Below are positions 27,410 through 40,449 of a DNA stretch of 64,000 nt, one piece after another. Within the stretch, counting starts at the first letter, position 1, and each line of letters begins with the position of its first letter. The stretch spans positions 4,123,603 to 4,187,602 of the forward strand of contig NC_057756.1 of assembly GCF_004010195.1 (NCBI RefSeq), read 5' to 3'. Under the pieces are notes generated by a model. It made no database searches and was not told where the DNA came from. It saw only the letters and a list, made by a program, of their open reading frames with translations. A program made the translations under genes and the position numbers. This DNA is from Chiloscyllium plagiosum. Taxonomy: Eukaryota.

Positions 27410-27925
27410 TTAAAACAGGTTGGAACATTACAACAGCCTGAACGGGTGTGGTCGAGCTCACAAAGAACCTGAGCTTTTCATTTTAACTAGCTGAATTTGC
27501 TGGAGTCTTGAAACCTGATGTGGAAGTTCCTATTACTCTCTCTCTGACAGCAAAGGGCTGATATTCACTTCTTGCTGCTGGAGTTGCGTGCAAGATAATC
27601 TGTTCCATCAGCTTGTCTTTGCCAAGCGTGTACTCTGTGGGATATAATCATGCAGCAAAGAGAGATTAGTAGTAGATAATGTATCAATTATTTTGTAAGC
27701 GTTACAACAACACTTCAGTTAAGGCAATAATTTTCTTATCGGTTTATTTTGCTTGCATTTTAGCTGCAGTACAAAAATAAAGTATGTTTAGCTTAATGAT
27801 GAATTCTTTGACCATTCGCATTGCATCTGCAGTGCAAACACTTACACTTACCATTTAATAACTAAAAGTTAGGATCTAGACTAGCTCATTAATATAATTT
27901 GGAGGGGTTTTGGATCGCTGGAAAA
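27410..27925 (+). mobile_element. solo LTR-like fragment related to the Gmr1-type LTRs
   Basis: 3' part (gcatctgcagtgcaaacactt...aaagttaggatctagactagct...tttggaggggtttt) parallels 2155-2250. Confidence 0.5.
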
Positions 27926-28079
27926 GAAACACATGGTTCCATGTCAACGCTGATTGATTAATTCAAAAAGCCAACTAATGAAATATAAAAAGCAAAACGT
28001 GATTCACTAGCAGCATTACTGAAAGTTATGTCATGCTTTTTTTCACATAATTGGCCAGGCGTCGCATCAGATTTGAAGA

Positions 28080-28299
28080 GGTTCAGTACTCATGGTCATA
28101 ACATCGAAGTTTTGAAAACAGTTTACATTACTGAGGAGGAAGTGCTAGAAGTCTTAGAAAATGTTAAGGTGGATAAATGTCCAGGACTTGATCTGTTGTT
28201 TTGCAGGAATCTGTGGGAAATCGGGGAGGAAATTGCGGGGCACGTGACAAGAATGTCTGGATCAACAATCACTCGGGTGACGTGTCCAATGACTGAAGC
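28080..28299 (+). mobile_element. CR1 fragment
   Basis: ITEEEVLEVLENVKVDKCPGLD. Confidence 0.8.
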
Positions 28300-31200
28300 A
28301 TGGATAATCTGAACCTCATCACCTCTCGGGATTTCCAATCTCATACTCTGATAACGCCCCACTGCCAGTTTCACCTCCTACCTAAGATTCGCAAACCTGA
28401 CTGTCTCCATCGACCTAATGTCTCAGTCTGCTCCAGCTCCACTGAACTCATTTCTGCATACCTTGACATCGTTCTGTCTCCCTTATTCCAGCAACATTCT
28501 ACCGACGTTCACGACACCACCCACGCTGTAATCCTCCTCCAAGACTTTCGATTGCCCTGTCAAATGCCTTATCTTCCACATGGGCATCCAGTCCCTGTAC
28601 ACATCCATCCACCAAGACAAAGTCCTCCAAGCCCTCTGGGTTTTGTCTTTTACGCTGAACTAATCTTTATTTACCCTTCCACTGACGCTCACACTTGCCT
28701 AGCTTCCTCCAAACCAAATCGGCAGCCATTGGCTACCAAATGGGACCCAGCTATGACTACCTCTTCATCGGGTAACTCGAACAGTCCATCTTCTGCAGCT
28801 ACACCGACACCATTTGCCAATTTTTTCACCGCTTCATCGATGAAAATATTGACATGACCTCGTCCTTCCATGAGGAGGTTTCGCAATTTATCAACTTCAA
28901 AAACATCTTCCATTTCCACCTCATTTTCACCTGGACCATCGCAGATACATCCCTCCTTATTCTGGGCCTCTTTATCTCCACCTCTGGTGATCAACTAAAG
29001 GTGGGCATTTTCTATTAACCCACGGATTCAGACAGATACCTTGACGATACCTCCTCCCAACCTGCGTCTTGTAAAAACACCATGCCTTATTCACATTTCC
29101 TCTGCCTCTGTCACATCTGTACTCTGGAGGATAAAATTTCAACCGAGAATTTCCTAGATGGCCTCTCTGTGCAAAGACTGCAATTTCCTCTCCTATGTGG
29201 TGCCCTCCACAGCACATCCTCCAATTCCCGCAACTCTGCACTTGAGGCCCGCCCCACCAATCGCAACAATGACAAATTCGTCCAGTCCTCACTTCCAAAC
29301 CACCAACCTCTGGATACATTGCAACATCTTTTTCTACATCCCCCAACTGCAAACAGACCCTACCACTCGGGTATATTTCCCTCCCACCGCTATCAGCTCT
29401 TCGAAGAGACCATTACCTCTGCAACTCCCTTGCCAGTTTCACGCCACAATCCCCTCCCCCCGCTCCGGCACCTTCCCCTGCCATTGCAAGAAGTGCAAAA
29501 CCAGCGGCCGCACCTCCCGCTCACTTCTGCCCAAAACCACAAAGGATCCTTCAACATTCGTCAAAAATTTGCTTGTACTTCCACACACATCATGGACTGT
29601 TTCCGTTGGCTGCCTCGTGGCTGAACACTTCATATCCCCCTGCTCTGCCACCAATGACACGCAGGTCCTCGGCCTCCTGTATCGCCAAACCCTAAACACT
29701 GGATGTTTGGAGGAAGAAAGCTGCCTCTTCCACCTTGAGACTTTGCAACCACCGCAGATCATTGTGGATTTCATCAGTTTCCCCACATCCCCTCTCCACC
29801 TTATCCCAGTCTGAAGCCGCAAACTCAGCACCGCTGTCTGGAAATGTCCATCTTCTTTCCCATCTATCTGCTCCATTTTCCTCTCTCACCTATCACTTTC
29901 ACCTAACCTTCATCTACCTCTCACATTACCTCTCTCTACCTCGGCTGCTTTGGGAAACGACAAATGCAATTGCTTCGCCACTTGCGAAGATCTTTGCATC
30001 CTCGCTCTCCACTGGAGTCGAACCTGAGGACTGGAGAGAGGGAAATGTAATTCCTCTCTTCAGGAAAGGAAATAGGGAAATCGCCGGCAATTACAGACCA
30101 GTAAGTCTCACGTATGTCGTCTGCAAGATGTTAGAAAGGATTCTGAGGGAAAGGATATATGACCATCTGGAAGAGCATGGCTTGATTAAATGCAGTCAAC
30201 ACGGCTTTGTGAGGGGCAGGTCATGCCTCACAAACCTTATCGAGTTCTTTGAGGATGTGACTAGAAAACTTGATGAGAGTCGAGCTGTGGATGTAGGGTA
30301 TACGGACTTCAGCAAGAAATTTGATAAGGTTCCCCATGGTAGGCTCATTCAGAAGGTCAGGAGGAATGGGATTCAGGGGAACTTAGCTGTCTGGATACAG
30401 AATTCGCTGGCCAACAGAAGACAGCGCGTGGTAATAGAAGGAAAATATTCTGCCTGGAAGTCAGTGGTGAGTGGTGTTCCACAGGGCTCTGTCCTTGGGT
30501 CTCTACTCGTTGTAATTTTTATTAATGACTTGGATGAGGGAATTGAAGGATGGGTCAGCAAGTTTGCAGACGACACAAAGGTTGGAGGTGTCTTTGACAG
30601 TATAGAGGGCTGTTGTAGGCTGCAGCAGGACATTGACAGGATGCGGAGATGGGCTGAGAGGTGGTAGATGGCGTTCAACCTGGCTAAATGCGAGGTGATG
30701 CATTTTGGAAGATCGAATTTGAAAGCTGAGTATAGGATTAAGGATAGGATTCTTGGCAGTGTTGAGGAACAGAGGGATCTTGGTGTGCAAGTACATAGAT
30801 CCCTTAAAATGGCCACCCAACTGGAAAGGGTTGTTTAGAAAGCATGTGGTGTTTTGGCTTTCATTAATAGGGGGATTGAGTTTAAGAGTCGTGAGATCTT
30901 GTTGCAGCTCTATAAAACTTTGGTCAGCCCGCACTTGGAATACTGTGTCCAGTTCTGGTCGTCCTGTTACAGGAAAGATGTGGATGCTTTGAAGAGGGTT
31001 CAGAGGAGGTTTACCAGGATGCTGCCTGGACTGGAGGGCATATCTTATGAAGAGAGGTTGACTGAGCTCGGACTTTTTTCATTGGAGAAAAGGAGGAGGA
31101 GAAGGGTCCTAATTGAGGTGTACAAGATAATGAGAGGCATAGATAGAGTCGATAGCCGAGACTATTTCCCAGGGCAGAAATTACTAACACGAGGGTTCAT

Positions 31201-31651
31201 AGTTTTAAGCTGGTTGGAGGAAAGTATAGAGGGGATGTCAGAGGTGGGTTCTTTACACAGAGAGTTGTGAGAGCATGGAATGCGTTGCCAGCAGCAGTTG
31301 TGAAAACAAGGTCATTGGGGACATTTAAGAGACTACTGGACATGCATATGGTCTCAGACATTTGACAGTGCATACATGAGGATCAGTGGTCGGCACAACA
31401 TCGTGGGCTGAAGGGCCTGTTCTGTGTTGTACTGTTCTATGCTCTATGTTCTATTACCAGCTACCTTGCCCCAGACCAACCCACACCCATTTATCTCTCA
31501 GACCTCCTGGCACACAAACCTCATTCCTCATGACGGCTTTCTGCCCGAAAGTCGATTCACCTCTTTCTTGGATGTTGTCTAACCTACTGTGATTATGCAG
31601 CATCAGACTCTTGACACTGAACTGCAGCATCTGCAGTCGTCACTTTCTCCC
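28300..31651 (+). mobile_element. Penelope-like element (Neptune-like) with a CR1 inserted at about 29935-31453
   Basis: FHLLPKIRKPD..RPNVS, ELISAYLD and SGTFPCHCKKCKT motifs; terminal repeat resumes at 31454. Confidence 0.85.
29935..31453 (+). mobile_element. 5'-truncated CR1 LINE, relatively young
   Basis: NYRPVSLT, QHGFVRGRSCLTNL, SGVPQGSVLG and KFADDTKVGG; stop at 30665; (ttctatg)n tail; possible TSD attacc at 29925 and 31453. Confidence 0.95.
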
Positions 31652-31679
31652 AATGAAGAATGTTGCCTATAATCGCAAA

Positions 31680-32820
31680 GATATCCTAACAAAAGCAGTT
31701 CACGAACTAAACAGTGGCAGATGATGTATAATTTTTGACCAATGCGAGTTATAGCATTTTGGAAAAAACAACAAGTACAGGGGTTAGACAGTAAAAGTTA
31801 CGGGGTTGCGTAATGATGGAGAACAGAGATTCTGAAGGATTGGGAGCATAATTCTTCGAAATGTGCTTCTCATATAGATCGGGTGGTTAAGAAGTGCTTG
31901 AATCTTTACTGCTCTGACGTTGTGAAGTTAAATTGAGGTTGAACAGGACTATAGCGGGGTCTCTCGTGGTGTATTATCTGTAAATCTGGTCGCACTTATT
32001 TATGAAGGGCATTAGTATCCTGGAGATGGTTCAGAGGAGATTTAACTGGAATTACCTGGTTATTATTATTCATTCAGGTAACGATGGCGTCACTGTCCAT
32101 GCCAGCAAACCCAAATTCTCAGAGAGCATTTAAGAGATATCCATAATGCTGTGGTTCAGAGTATCGATGAGGTAAGGCTGGCACTTTTCTTCACTAAAGG
32201 AAATTATTGAATCAGATTTTTTTCACTTGTTGCCATTGACAACAGATTCATGGAAATTAAACACTTAATTCCAGAATTTAATGGAAATCAAATCCTGCAT
32301 TCTGCCATAATATGTTTTGAGCCAAGATTCCCACATCATAATTGGTGTCTCTGTAATGACAGTTCAGCCAAAATACCACGAGGTCATCCCCTCTCAGGTT
32401 GTTGCCAGCAGCGGGGTGTTTGTGTTCTGGGGAGGCGTGGATAAGTGGACCATAAGAGTCTGAGCAGTGACCTTCTAGTGGTTCACAAAATGAAGAGTAG
32501 AATAGGCAATGGCAATAACAGGTGCCATCTCCCAAGTGTGGGTGATTACAAGACTGGAGAAACACATTTAAGGTGAGAGTACAAAGTTTTAAAAAGAAAA
32601 GGAATATGGGATGTCTCTGAATGGTTAGAGTATGGAATAAAATCCCAGAATAAATGTTGGAAGCGATTGCAGGTGCATTGTTTTTAAGATATTCATTTCG
32701 GTACTTGATTTTGTAATGTTTGGTGTGATATGGGCCCCGCACAGACATTTGGGAATATGTCAGTTTGGGATTATGGTTCGACCAAAGTGTGTACTTCAGT
32801 TCGATGAATCTAACCAAAAG
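31680..32820 (+). mobile_element. degenerate CR1 3' fragments with another short repeat inserted at about 32060-32390
   Basis: gcgagttatagcattttggaa, gttcagaggagattta and a CR1-type 3' end near 32800. Confidence 0.55.
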
Positions 32821-33204
32821 TTTCGTATGCATATTCACTGCGGATTTGCTGCAAGACTTATTGACTATTTGCATGACTTCCTCGTGTCTGTCTGCCTGCA
32901 ATATTTCATGAAATTAAAAGACTTAAGAAGAAAAATCTTTATTTATGCCTGGTTGGGTATCATAGTCCCTACCAAGTTATAAAAGTTGAGTTGGATAGTT
33001 TCCAAGAAGACGACTGTGGCTCCGAATGGAAATTCACGTCGGCTCAATGCATTCAGTGGTGAATGTATGTTTGCTCTTGACATTATTGAGCGGAGAATTC
33101 CTTTCTGTGTGCATGAAACCAAGTACTGAAATAATAGGAAAACTGTCATACCAAATAATTGCTACTGAAATTGGGAAATTCAAAATAAATCTCCTTTTCA
33201 GAAA

Positions 33205-33825
33205 AGATATGGCGGCAAAATAAGGCACCCAAGCCACAGCACCTCCACTCCAAACAGGTTTTTCTTCCTTTCTCGACTTCTTCCTTTGTTTTGGCTGTTT
33301 TAAAAATAGTTTCCTTGCAATCTCCTTATATCTGGAGGACGTTCCATTGTGGAGACAGTAGATGCAATGGCGACGGTAAGGGTAGTGGCTGGAGACCACA
33401 GCAGGGAATGTTCCCATCGAACATCGCACTTTTCTTATGAACTCTGGCTGTTGGCAGCATCGTGGTGAGGCTGTTGATGAGCCCCATCGTGCTTGGCTTC
33501 AGGACAGCAAGTACAGTGCTGAAGAGAGATCAAGCCCTCGTGGTAAAAGCCATTGTGGATTGCTTGCAGGTTAATGACTAAACAAAATCTGCGACTTGGA
33601 ACATGTAACTTTATTTCCAATTTAAAACTTTACACTGACAGGAACAATAACTTTAAGTGTAGTACTGTTGTTTTTTTTTCAAAATGAGCCGGGATTTACC
33701 ATGTATCTAAGATTTTGTACTTAGATACCTTGCACCTCAATAGTGCCATGAAGCGCGACACTGGTCAGTGAACTCTTATATCCGTGTTCTTAAGTAAACG
33801 CCAAAATCAACCCTAATTCTAATTA
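33205..33825 (+). repeat. probable non-autonomous interspersed repeat
   Basis: starts aagatatggcggc, has a GC-richer body and ends ctaattctaatt; family assignment is from recall only. Confidence 0.4.
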
Positions 33826-33847
33826 TAGTCCTATTTAGAAAAGTTCT

Positions 33848-34096
33848 GAGTGTGGTGCTGGAAAAGCACAACAGGTCAGGCAGCATCCGAGGAGCAGGAT
33901 AATCGCGTATCAGGAATAAGCCATTCCTCTCCTATTCCTCAGATGCTGCCTGATCTGCTGTGCATTCCCAGCACCACTCTCTTGCTTCTTGTGTGATGCC
34001 TCCCCAGCTCCTCGAATGCTACCTGATCTGCTGTGCTTTACCAGCACTACACTTTCCGCTCTTATCTCCAGCATCTGCAGTTCCGAAGTTCTCTCA
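33848..34096. mobile_element. inverted plus tandem copies of the Penelope-derived terminal repeat
   Basis: caggtcaggcagcatccgagga followed by tcctcagatgctgcctgatctg and a third copy. Confidence 0.7.
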
Positions 34097-35239
34097 TTTC
34101 TAAAAGTATTCTAGCAAAACAAAAATTCCTCCTGTAAACACTGCCATACGTTCAAAATGGCAGATATTTGACATGGTCAATGACAACATTGTGAACGGAT
34201 AGCCCAGGAGGGTGACATCGACCATTAATTTGGCGCAATTCATTTGGAAACTACGATCCTGTCTTGAATTACCTTTTTTATTTGACAAAGTAATTTGAAA
34301 ACAATCCACCTGAGCCATTTGCACCGTGGGACCACGTGAAGTGAACAGCAGGAAAAAAGGCCTCCATAAACAGTGTTACAAAAAGTAGGGGCTTCAGCTT
34401 ATGCACTATGCAACCAGTAAAAGGAGAAATCTAAACTTCTTTCTTGGGAGAGGCAACTAAGGATTGGCTGACTGCAGAGTATTTATGACATTTATATATT
34501 ATTAAAAGAAAAGTAAACTTTGAAATGGTTGTTTCTGTTTGGCGAGATAGTATTTATGAAGCAAAAGCTGAAGTAACAAAGCTACAATGTGAAACAATGT
34601 TAATTAAGGAAATATTAAGGCATTAATAATAAGGTGCATGTTTAACCGTTTTAATGTTTGCACATTGACAAGTGATTCTGAGTTTGGTAAATGACTTTGA
34701 AGTGAAAATGTCGACGTTGTTGAAATAACGCGTGGCCTAAATATTGTAATTTGATTTACTGCATCCAAATGTACCGACATACAGTGAAACATTTTGTTTT
34801 CCGAGTAATAAAGCAGATCATAGCAACCAAGGACATACAGATCACAGGGTGTTCAGACAGAGCGAGGCACAAAGGTTATTCAACTCAGGAGGTGTACAAA
34901 GCAAGAAGAATATTGGTAGGATAATCTGATTAAGTCAAACCGAAACTAAAGACAGAATGGATCATGATCACCAACACTGGAAAGAAAAGCAATATTTGGG
35001 TCCATGTCTGAACTTATCTCAACAAGGATAGTACAATGTAAAACAAATCTCTTACATATTTGGGTGGTGTGTTCAACTATTTCTATACACGTATTGAAAT
35101 ATTATTTTATTAATTTAAGACTTAAATTACGTGCATTGATCGTTTTCGAGAAAATCAGTCTTGCCGAACTGAACTCTCACTATTGTTGTTCTGGAGAAGT
35201 TACTCATCCAGTCTGTGTCAGAGAATAGGTGAGCATATG

Positions 35240-35525
35240 GGGCATGGCACGATGGCTCAGCCGCTAGTACAGCTGTATTACAATGTCAGGAACCCGGCTC
35301 GATTCCAGCCTCAAGCGACTGTTTGCGGGGAGTTTGTAGATACTGCTGTGTCTGCATGAGTTACCTCCACTTTCCTTTTACTGTCTGAAGATGTGCAAGC
35401 TAAGTGAATTGGTCATGCAAAATTGCCAATACTGTATAGGGTTGTACAAGTTGCGTGCATTACTCATGGGAAATGTAGAGTAATATGGTGGGTGAATGGG
35501 TCTGGGTGTGATATTATTCAGTGCT
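35240..35525 (+). mobile_element. HE1-like SINE, degenerate
   Basis: gggcatggcacgatggctcag...acccggctcgattccagcc...ggagtttg. Confidence 0.75.
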
Positions 35526-35539
35526 TTTTTTCTTTTGGA

Positions 35540-36475
35540 ATGGGCTGCAGGTTTCAATTAATTAATATGTAAATCCCAGAACTTCTTTCATGTCACACTC
35601 CCGAGGTACCATAAGATTTAACTTAAAAAAAGGTGATATTTCAGCTCAGCCAATGCGTTAAACTTGTGAGGTTCGCGACTCTCTGGAACCCAATTTTGTG
35701 TCAGAGTGGCTCTATTTCCACAGTAAGAATTACTAAAATTTCATATTAATTGACTGGCTGCATTGACTGCCTGCAGTTTGTGTACATTTTTATCAAAATA
35801 CAACGCATCTACAAATACAATTTTGCAAATGCCAATATACCCATCGACTGAAATGTGTGTGTGCATGCATGAGAGGGAAAGAGAGAGAGAGAGAGTATGC
35901 ACGCACGTGCATGTAGGAGAACGTGTGCGTGGGAGTTTGCGAAGGTTTGTCAGTATTTGCACGTGACTGTATGCGTGTGGATGCTCTTGTGAAAAAGTAT
36001 GACTCAGTAAGTTGGAAAATCAACCTGTGATGTGTGTGAGAGTGTGGGTGTGCATGTGTGTGTCTCAGACAGAGTGTGTGTAGGAGACAGTGTCTGCGTG
36101 AGTGTGTGAATATGTAAGAGCATATTTTTGTAATAGTTCTTGTGTATGAGTATGTGTGCGAGTGGGTAGTGCAATGGGGTCACCTGCAGTGTGACATAAG
36201 CCCAAGGTCTCTGTTGAGGCCATCCTCATGGGTATTGAATGGCAATCAGACTTTGCAGGACTATTTTGCGTTTTTGCTTATCCTGAAGTCTGCCTTGGAG
36301 GACAGTCATCCAAAGATCTGAGGCTGAATGTCCCTGACGGCTGAAGTGTTCAGGGATGCAACGTCCCTGTCTGGCGACTGTTGCTTGGCATCCACTCACG
36401 CATTGTCATAGACTATGCTTGTTCCTGGCAATGTACCATGCCACTGGGCATTCATGCCTGAAGCGTATGATGTTG
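35540..36475 (-). mobile_element. probable Penelope-like 3' region containing a (GT/GA) low-complexity tract at 35850-36165
   Basis: reverse complement of 36230-36470 resembles a GIY-YIG C-terminal region (Cys-containing segment, HFS..GHS, LQG); imperfect dinucleotide tract read directly. Confidence 0.5.
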
Positions 36476-38086
36476 GGAATGCTCGGACATATTTAATAAG
36501 ATCATCGCTGGGCCTTAGGTTGTTCTGGTTTTGCTTATCAACACTACCCTTCTCAATGAGTCAACATGCAACCTCCGCCTCCGCCCTTTAAAATCGACTT
36601 TCGTCTCATGTTGCAGAGGTCTGATGTTGAAATTCTCTTTGTTTCTGCTTTTCATCTGATGAAACCTTCCACTTATTTTCTCTTTCATCTGCTTTCAATT
36701 GCAGTTCAAACTGTTTCATTTATTCCTTTTGTTTTTAGCTTTTCGTTGTCTTTTTTGGGTTTCATTGCCTGCACCTGAAGCTGCTTTATTTGCAATCAAA
36801 GTTTAGCAATTTGCTGGAACTACAATGGCCTTCATGTTCATTACAAAGTTACATTTTTCACAAGGACAGGCAATCCCAATCCAACTTTTATGTCAACTCT
36901 AAAAGTCTTGCCTTTTTCACGTGTTGCAAAACTCCAAAAGTGATCCTTCCACCAACAGGAACCTTTTTGTAAATGAGTGCGCCATTGCTATAAAGACAAA
37001 CTGAATAAACCAAACGAATTCAACATTCGAAGAAAGGGATTAAACGTTAAAACTTGCTCCCTTTGATTCTAAAAATCCAAACGTCAATCTGGAAATAGAG
37101 ATTTTGATTACAACAGCTCTCAGTTTCTAAAGGACGAGACAAAATACTCTCAAAATATTCAGAAGATAATCTTGACCATTTATTTGTCTTCTTTTACCGG
37201 TACATGCAGGGATTTGCATTCCAGATGCAATCCAATTGGTAAAACGATCGAATATAAAGCAAACCACATTTTTTTATGCACTATCAGTGAACTGCAACCA
37301 AAGAAAGTCAGAATTGGAATAACTTTACTGGAAATCTTAAAGGAATCATGGATAGAATAACTATTATTAATTAACGATTCCAGTGTAACAATACCACATA
37401 AACCTCTTGGGAAAAGGCAAATTCAGAGAACAAATTATCTCATACGTGACTGCCACAGTAAGAAAATAACCTCCAGCTTTCATCTGCAACTGGGAGATGA
37501 AAAGCAAAAAATAATTCAAATTTCTGCACGATCTGATGAGCAACTGTTGAAAGCAAAAGGTTAACATCCTAGTTGTGTGGGAGCATGACCATATCCATTT
37601 CGGTTATGCCAACGTCCTAATGTTAAAACCACATTACAAACAGTTTGTGCAAGTGCGTGATAATGTTTTCACTTTAAATAGGTTATTTTGTCCTTTGATT
37701 TTTATTCCACGAGACGTTGTAAAGGAAGAGGTGCAGAGATGTCTGACCACTTACATAATCATTGAAAGATATAAATCAGTTCCGGTTATATCTAGTTTGT
37801 TTCAGCTTTAACAGAAGCAGCTATAGTATAAAATGTTTCCTTGCTTCCACAGATGATCCCTAGTTGAGTACATCTTTAAAATATCCCCTGCCAGTCCGGA
37901 CCACTGTTTGAAATAACCTTTTTCCAAGGGATTTATTATGCAATGTTACAGAAAATGGGACAGATCCTTAGTTAATTTGCTCTACTGAGTCATTTCGGTT
38001 TTTTTAATTATTTGGTAATTCTAATTTCCGTTTTCTTTTGTCTGTGTTTCAACTGTGGTGTTTAAACAAATTCTGTTTTACTTAAA

Positions 38087-38290
38087 AAGAGAAACTGAGG
38101 ACTGCAGATGCTGGAGACCAGAGTTGAAAAGTGTGGTGCGGGAAAAGCGCAGCAAGCCAGGCAGCATCCGAGGAGCAGGAGAATCGACGTTTCGGGCATA
38201 AGCCCATCTTCAGGAATGCATTCCTGAAGAAGGTCTTATGCCCGAAAATTCGATTCTCCTGCTCCACGGATCCTGCCTCGCCTGCTGTTT
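38087..38290. mobile_element. head-to-head palindrome of the Penelope-derived repeat with hammerhead-like cores
   Basis: gacgtttcgggcataagcccatcttcaggaatg|cattcctgaagaaggtcttatgcccgaaa, centre at 38218/38219. Confidence 0.8.
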
Positions 38291-38382
38291 TACTTAATGA
38301 CGAGTGTTTTGATCAACTGCATCACACCCGCAATATCTACTTCATATTTGAGGATTTTAAATTTAAAACTGAAACAGCCTAG

Positions 38383-40345
38383 TGTTACGATGCAGAGGTG
38401 GAACCCTTACGTTAACTAAAACCCAAGGCCCAGAAAAGCCCACCTCGTTTCGTGATCTGTAGACAGAGAACTTCTAACTTCAGGATTAAAAGAAAAGAAA
38501 ATATTTTTTTCCTAATTCAAATAGTGAACATTAAGCAGAAACTATTCACAAATCTGACTCCCGTGTTTCTTAATTACTATCGGACTCAAACTCTATAAAA
38601 ATTCTGTTCCCACAACACAGTCAGTCAAAATGAGATTAACTTAATGTGGCAGAAATTAAATGGACTCGACACAACTGCTAGCAAGAGCAAAGAACAAGCT
38701 TTATTTTTAACCATTGCATGCAGGATCAATAAAATTGGCAAAAACACATTGTGTAACGGCCATGAACAAAATTCACATATTCTTTCTTATACTATTCTTG
38801 TCACACGCTGAAAGACAAGGTCGAGTTTTTATTTTGTCATTCCCTTGCCGAGGACATAACTGTCTTTATGTTTTCCTTAACTGTTTTGCTGAATTCGAAT
38901 GCAGGCAAGGCTAGGTTGAACGTTTACAAAATTCAGCAAAGACAAGCTGCCTCTGCGAATGCAGAATTAAACAAAGTGTTTGCAAAGTTCATAAACGTAC
39001 TAAATTTAGCAAAGCCTTCTCTTTCAGATTTCACAGTAAATGTTAATTTTGTTAATTTTCCATTGAACTTAATCTCAAGACCAAACAGTCTTTCTTTTCT
39101 CCATTACCTTCAGTATTCTGTCTGCTGTTCTCCCGGAATTGTCTTCTTTCATTTTACTACGAGAATATTTTAGACAATAGACAATAGATGCAGGAGTAGG
39201 CCATTCTGCCCTTCGAGCCTGTACCACTATTCAATATGATCATGGCTGATGATCCTTAATCAGCATCCTGTTCCTGGCTTATCTCCATAACCCTTGATTC
39301 CACTATCCTTGAGAGCTCTATCCAACATCTTTCTTAAATGAATCCAGAGACTGGGCCTCCACTGACTTCTGGAGCTGAGCATTCCACACAGCCACCACTC
39401 TCTGGGTGAAGAAGTTTCTCCTCATCTCTGTCATAAATAGTCTACCCCGTATTTTTAAGCTGTGTCCTCTGGTTTGGCACTCATCCTTCAGTGGAAACAT
39501 GTTTCCTGCCTCCAGAATGTCCAATCCTTTAATAATCTTATATGTCTCAATCAGATCCCCTCTCAGTCTTCTAAACTCAAGTGTATACAAGCCCAGTCGC
39601 TCCAGTCTTTCAGCATAGGGTAGTCCCGCCATTCCAGGAATTGACCTCGGGAACCTACGCTGCACTCCCTCAATAGCCAGAATGTCTTTCCTCAAATTTG
39701 GAGACGAGAACTGCACACAATACTCCATGTGTGGCCTCACCAGGGCCCTGTTCAGTTTTACATGGAAAGATACCTTAAATGGAGAGATGTTTTCTACATT
39801 ATTCTCCAAGATGTTAGATGGCAAATAGCTGGCTCTATGGCACTTGCTCTCTCTGACCAATTTACAAAATGCCGATTTTTTATAAGCCATCCCCCTCTTC
39901 AAATTTTGGTCTCATTGGTCTATGTTGCCAAAACAATTGATTCAATCTCTTTTGCATTTTAGTAACCTGGGGATAATTTTCGCAAATTGGTTAATTTCGA
40001 ATCGTTGTCAAAACGAGAACCAAAACTCTGGTGTCCATTTCGCAGCCTTTCACGACATGTATCTATTTTGAGTCATTTCGTCGCCGAGATTTCCAATTTG
40101 GGCAGCTGAGCCTGCACTTGAAGTTTACTTCGAAATTCAGAAAACACCTCCTATATAACAGTTAACATACGTGCTTTTGATTGATAATATGAGGCTAGAT
40201 TATTGAAACAATTTGAGTGGCTCTCAACTCGTTCAGAACAAGTGGCTGTGGTAGACTACTAACTAACTCACCCTCAAAAGCTGTCTTCAAAAAAAAAGAG
40301 AGAACACACCTCTTAAAGCTGAAGCATTATCATTGTCGTCCGCAC
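38383..40345 (-). mobile_element. fragmented LTR-like sequence (38383-38640 and about 39750-40345)
   Basis: begins tgttacga (reverse complement ends ...taaca like the other LTR ends); continuity is inferred. Confidence 0.3.
39171..39751 (-). mobile_element. young 5'-truncated CR1 3' end
   Basis: ALVRPHMEYCVQF...RRLRGDLIETYKI...FFTQRVVAVWN; tail repeats tagacaatagacaatag. Confidence 0.95.
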
Positions 40346-40449
40346 CTAGTTTAAACTAAAAATAATTCATCTATAATCATTTTCGCTGTGATGCTGCATA
40401 AACAAAATGGCCTCTGAAAAGGCAATAACACATCTTCTTTATTAAACGG

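Noticed and set aside
29735..30667. Longest ORF (310 aa) as a gene
   Set aside because: It is a chance read-through from Penelope 3' sequence into a 5'-truncated CR1 RT that ends at a premature stop.
33034..33429. 131-aa minus-strand ORF
   Set aside because: It has no recognisable motif and half of it overlaps a repeat.
33725..33763. 39-nt phase-1 exon candidate (DTLHLNSAMKRDT, donor gtcagt)
   Set aside because: It lies inside what looks like an interspersed repeat, its length differs from the 27/36 modules, and it would break the exon 6-7 heptad register.
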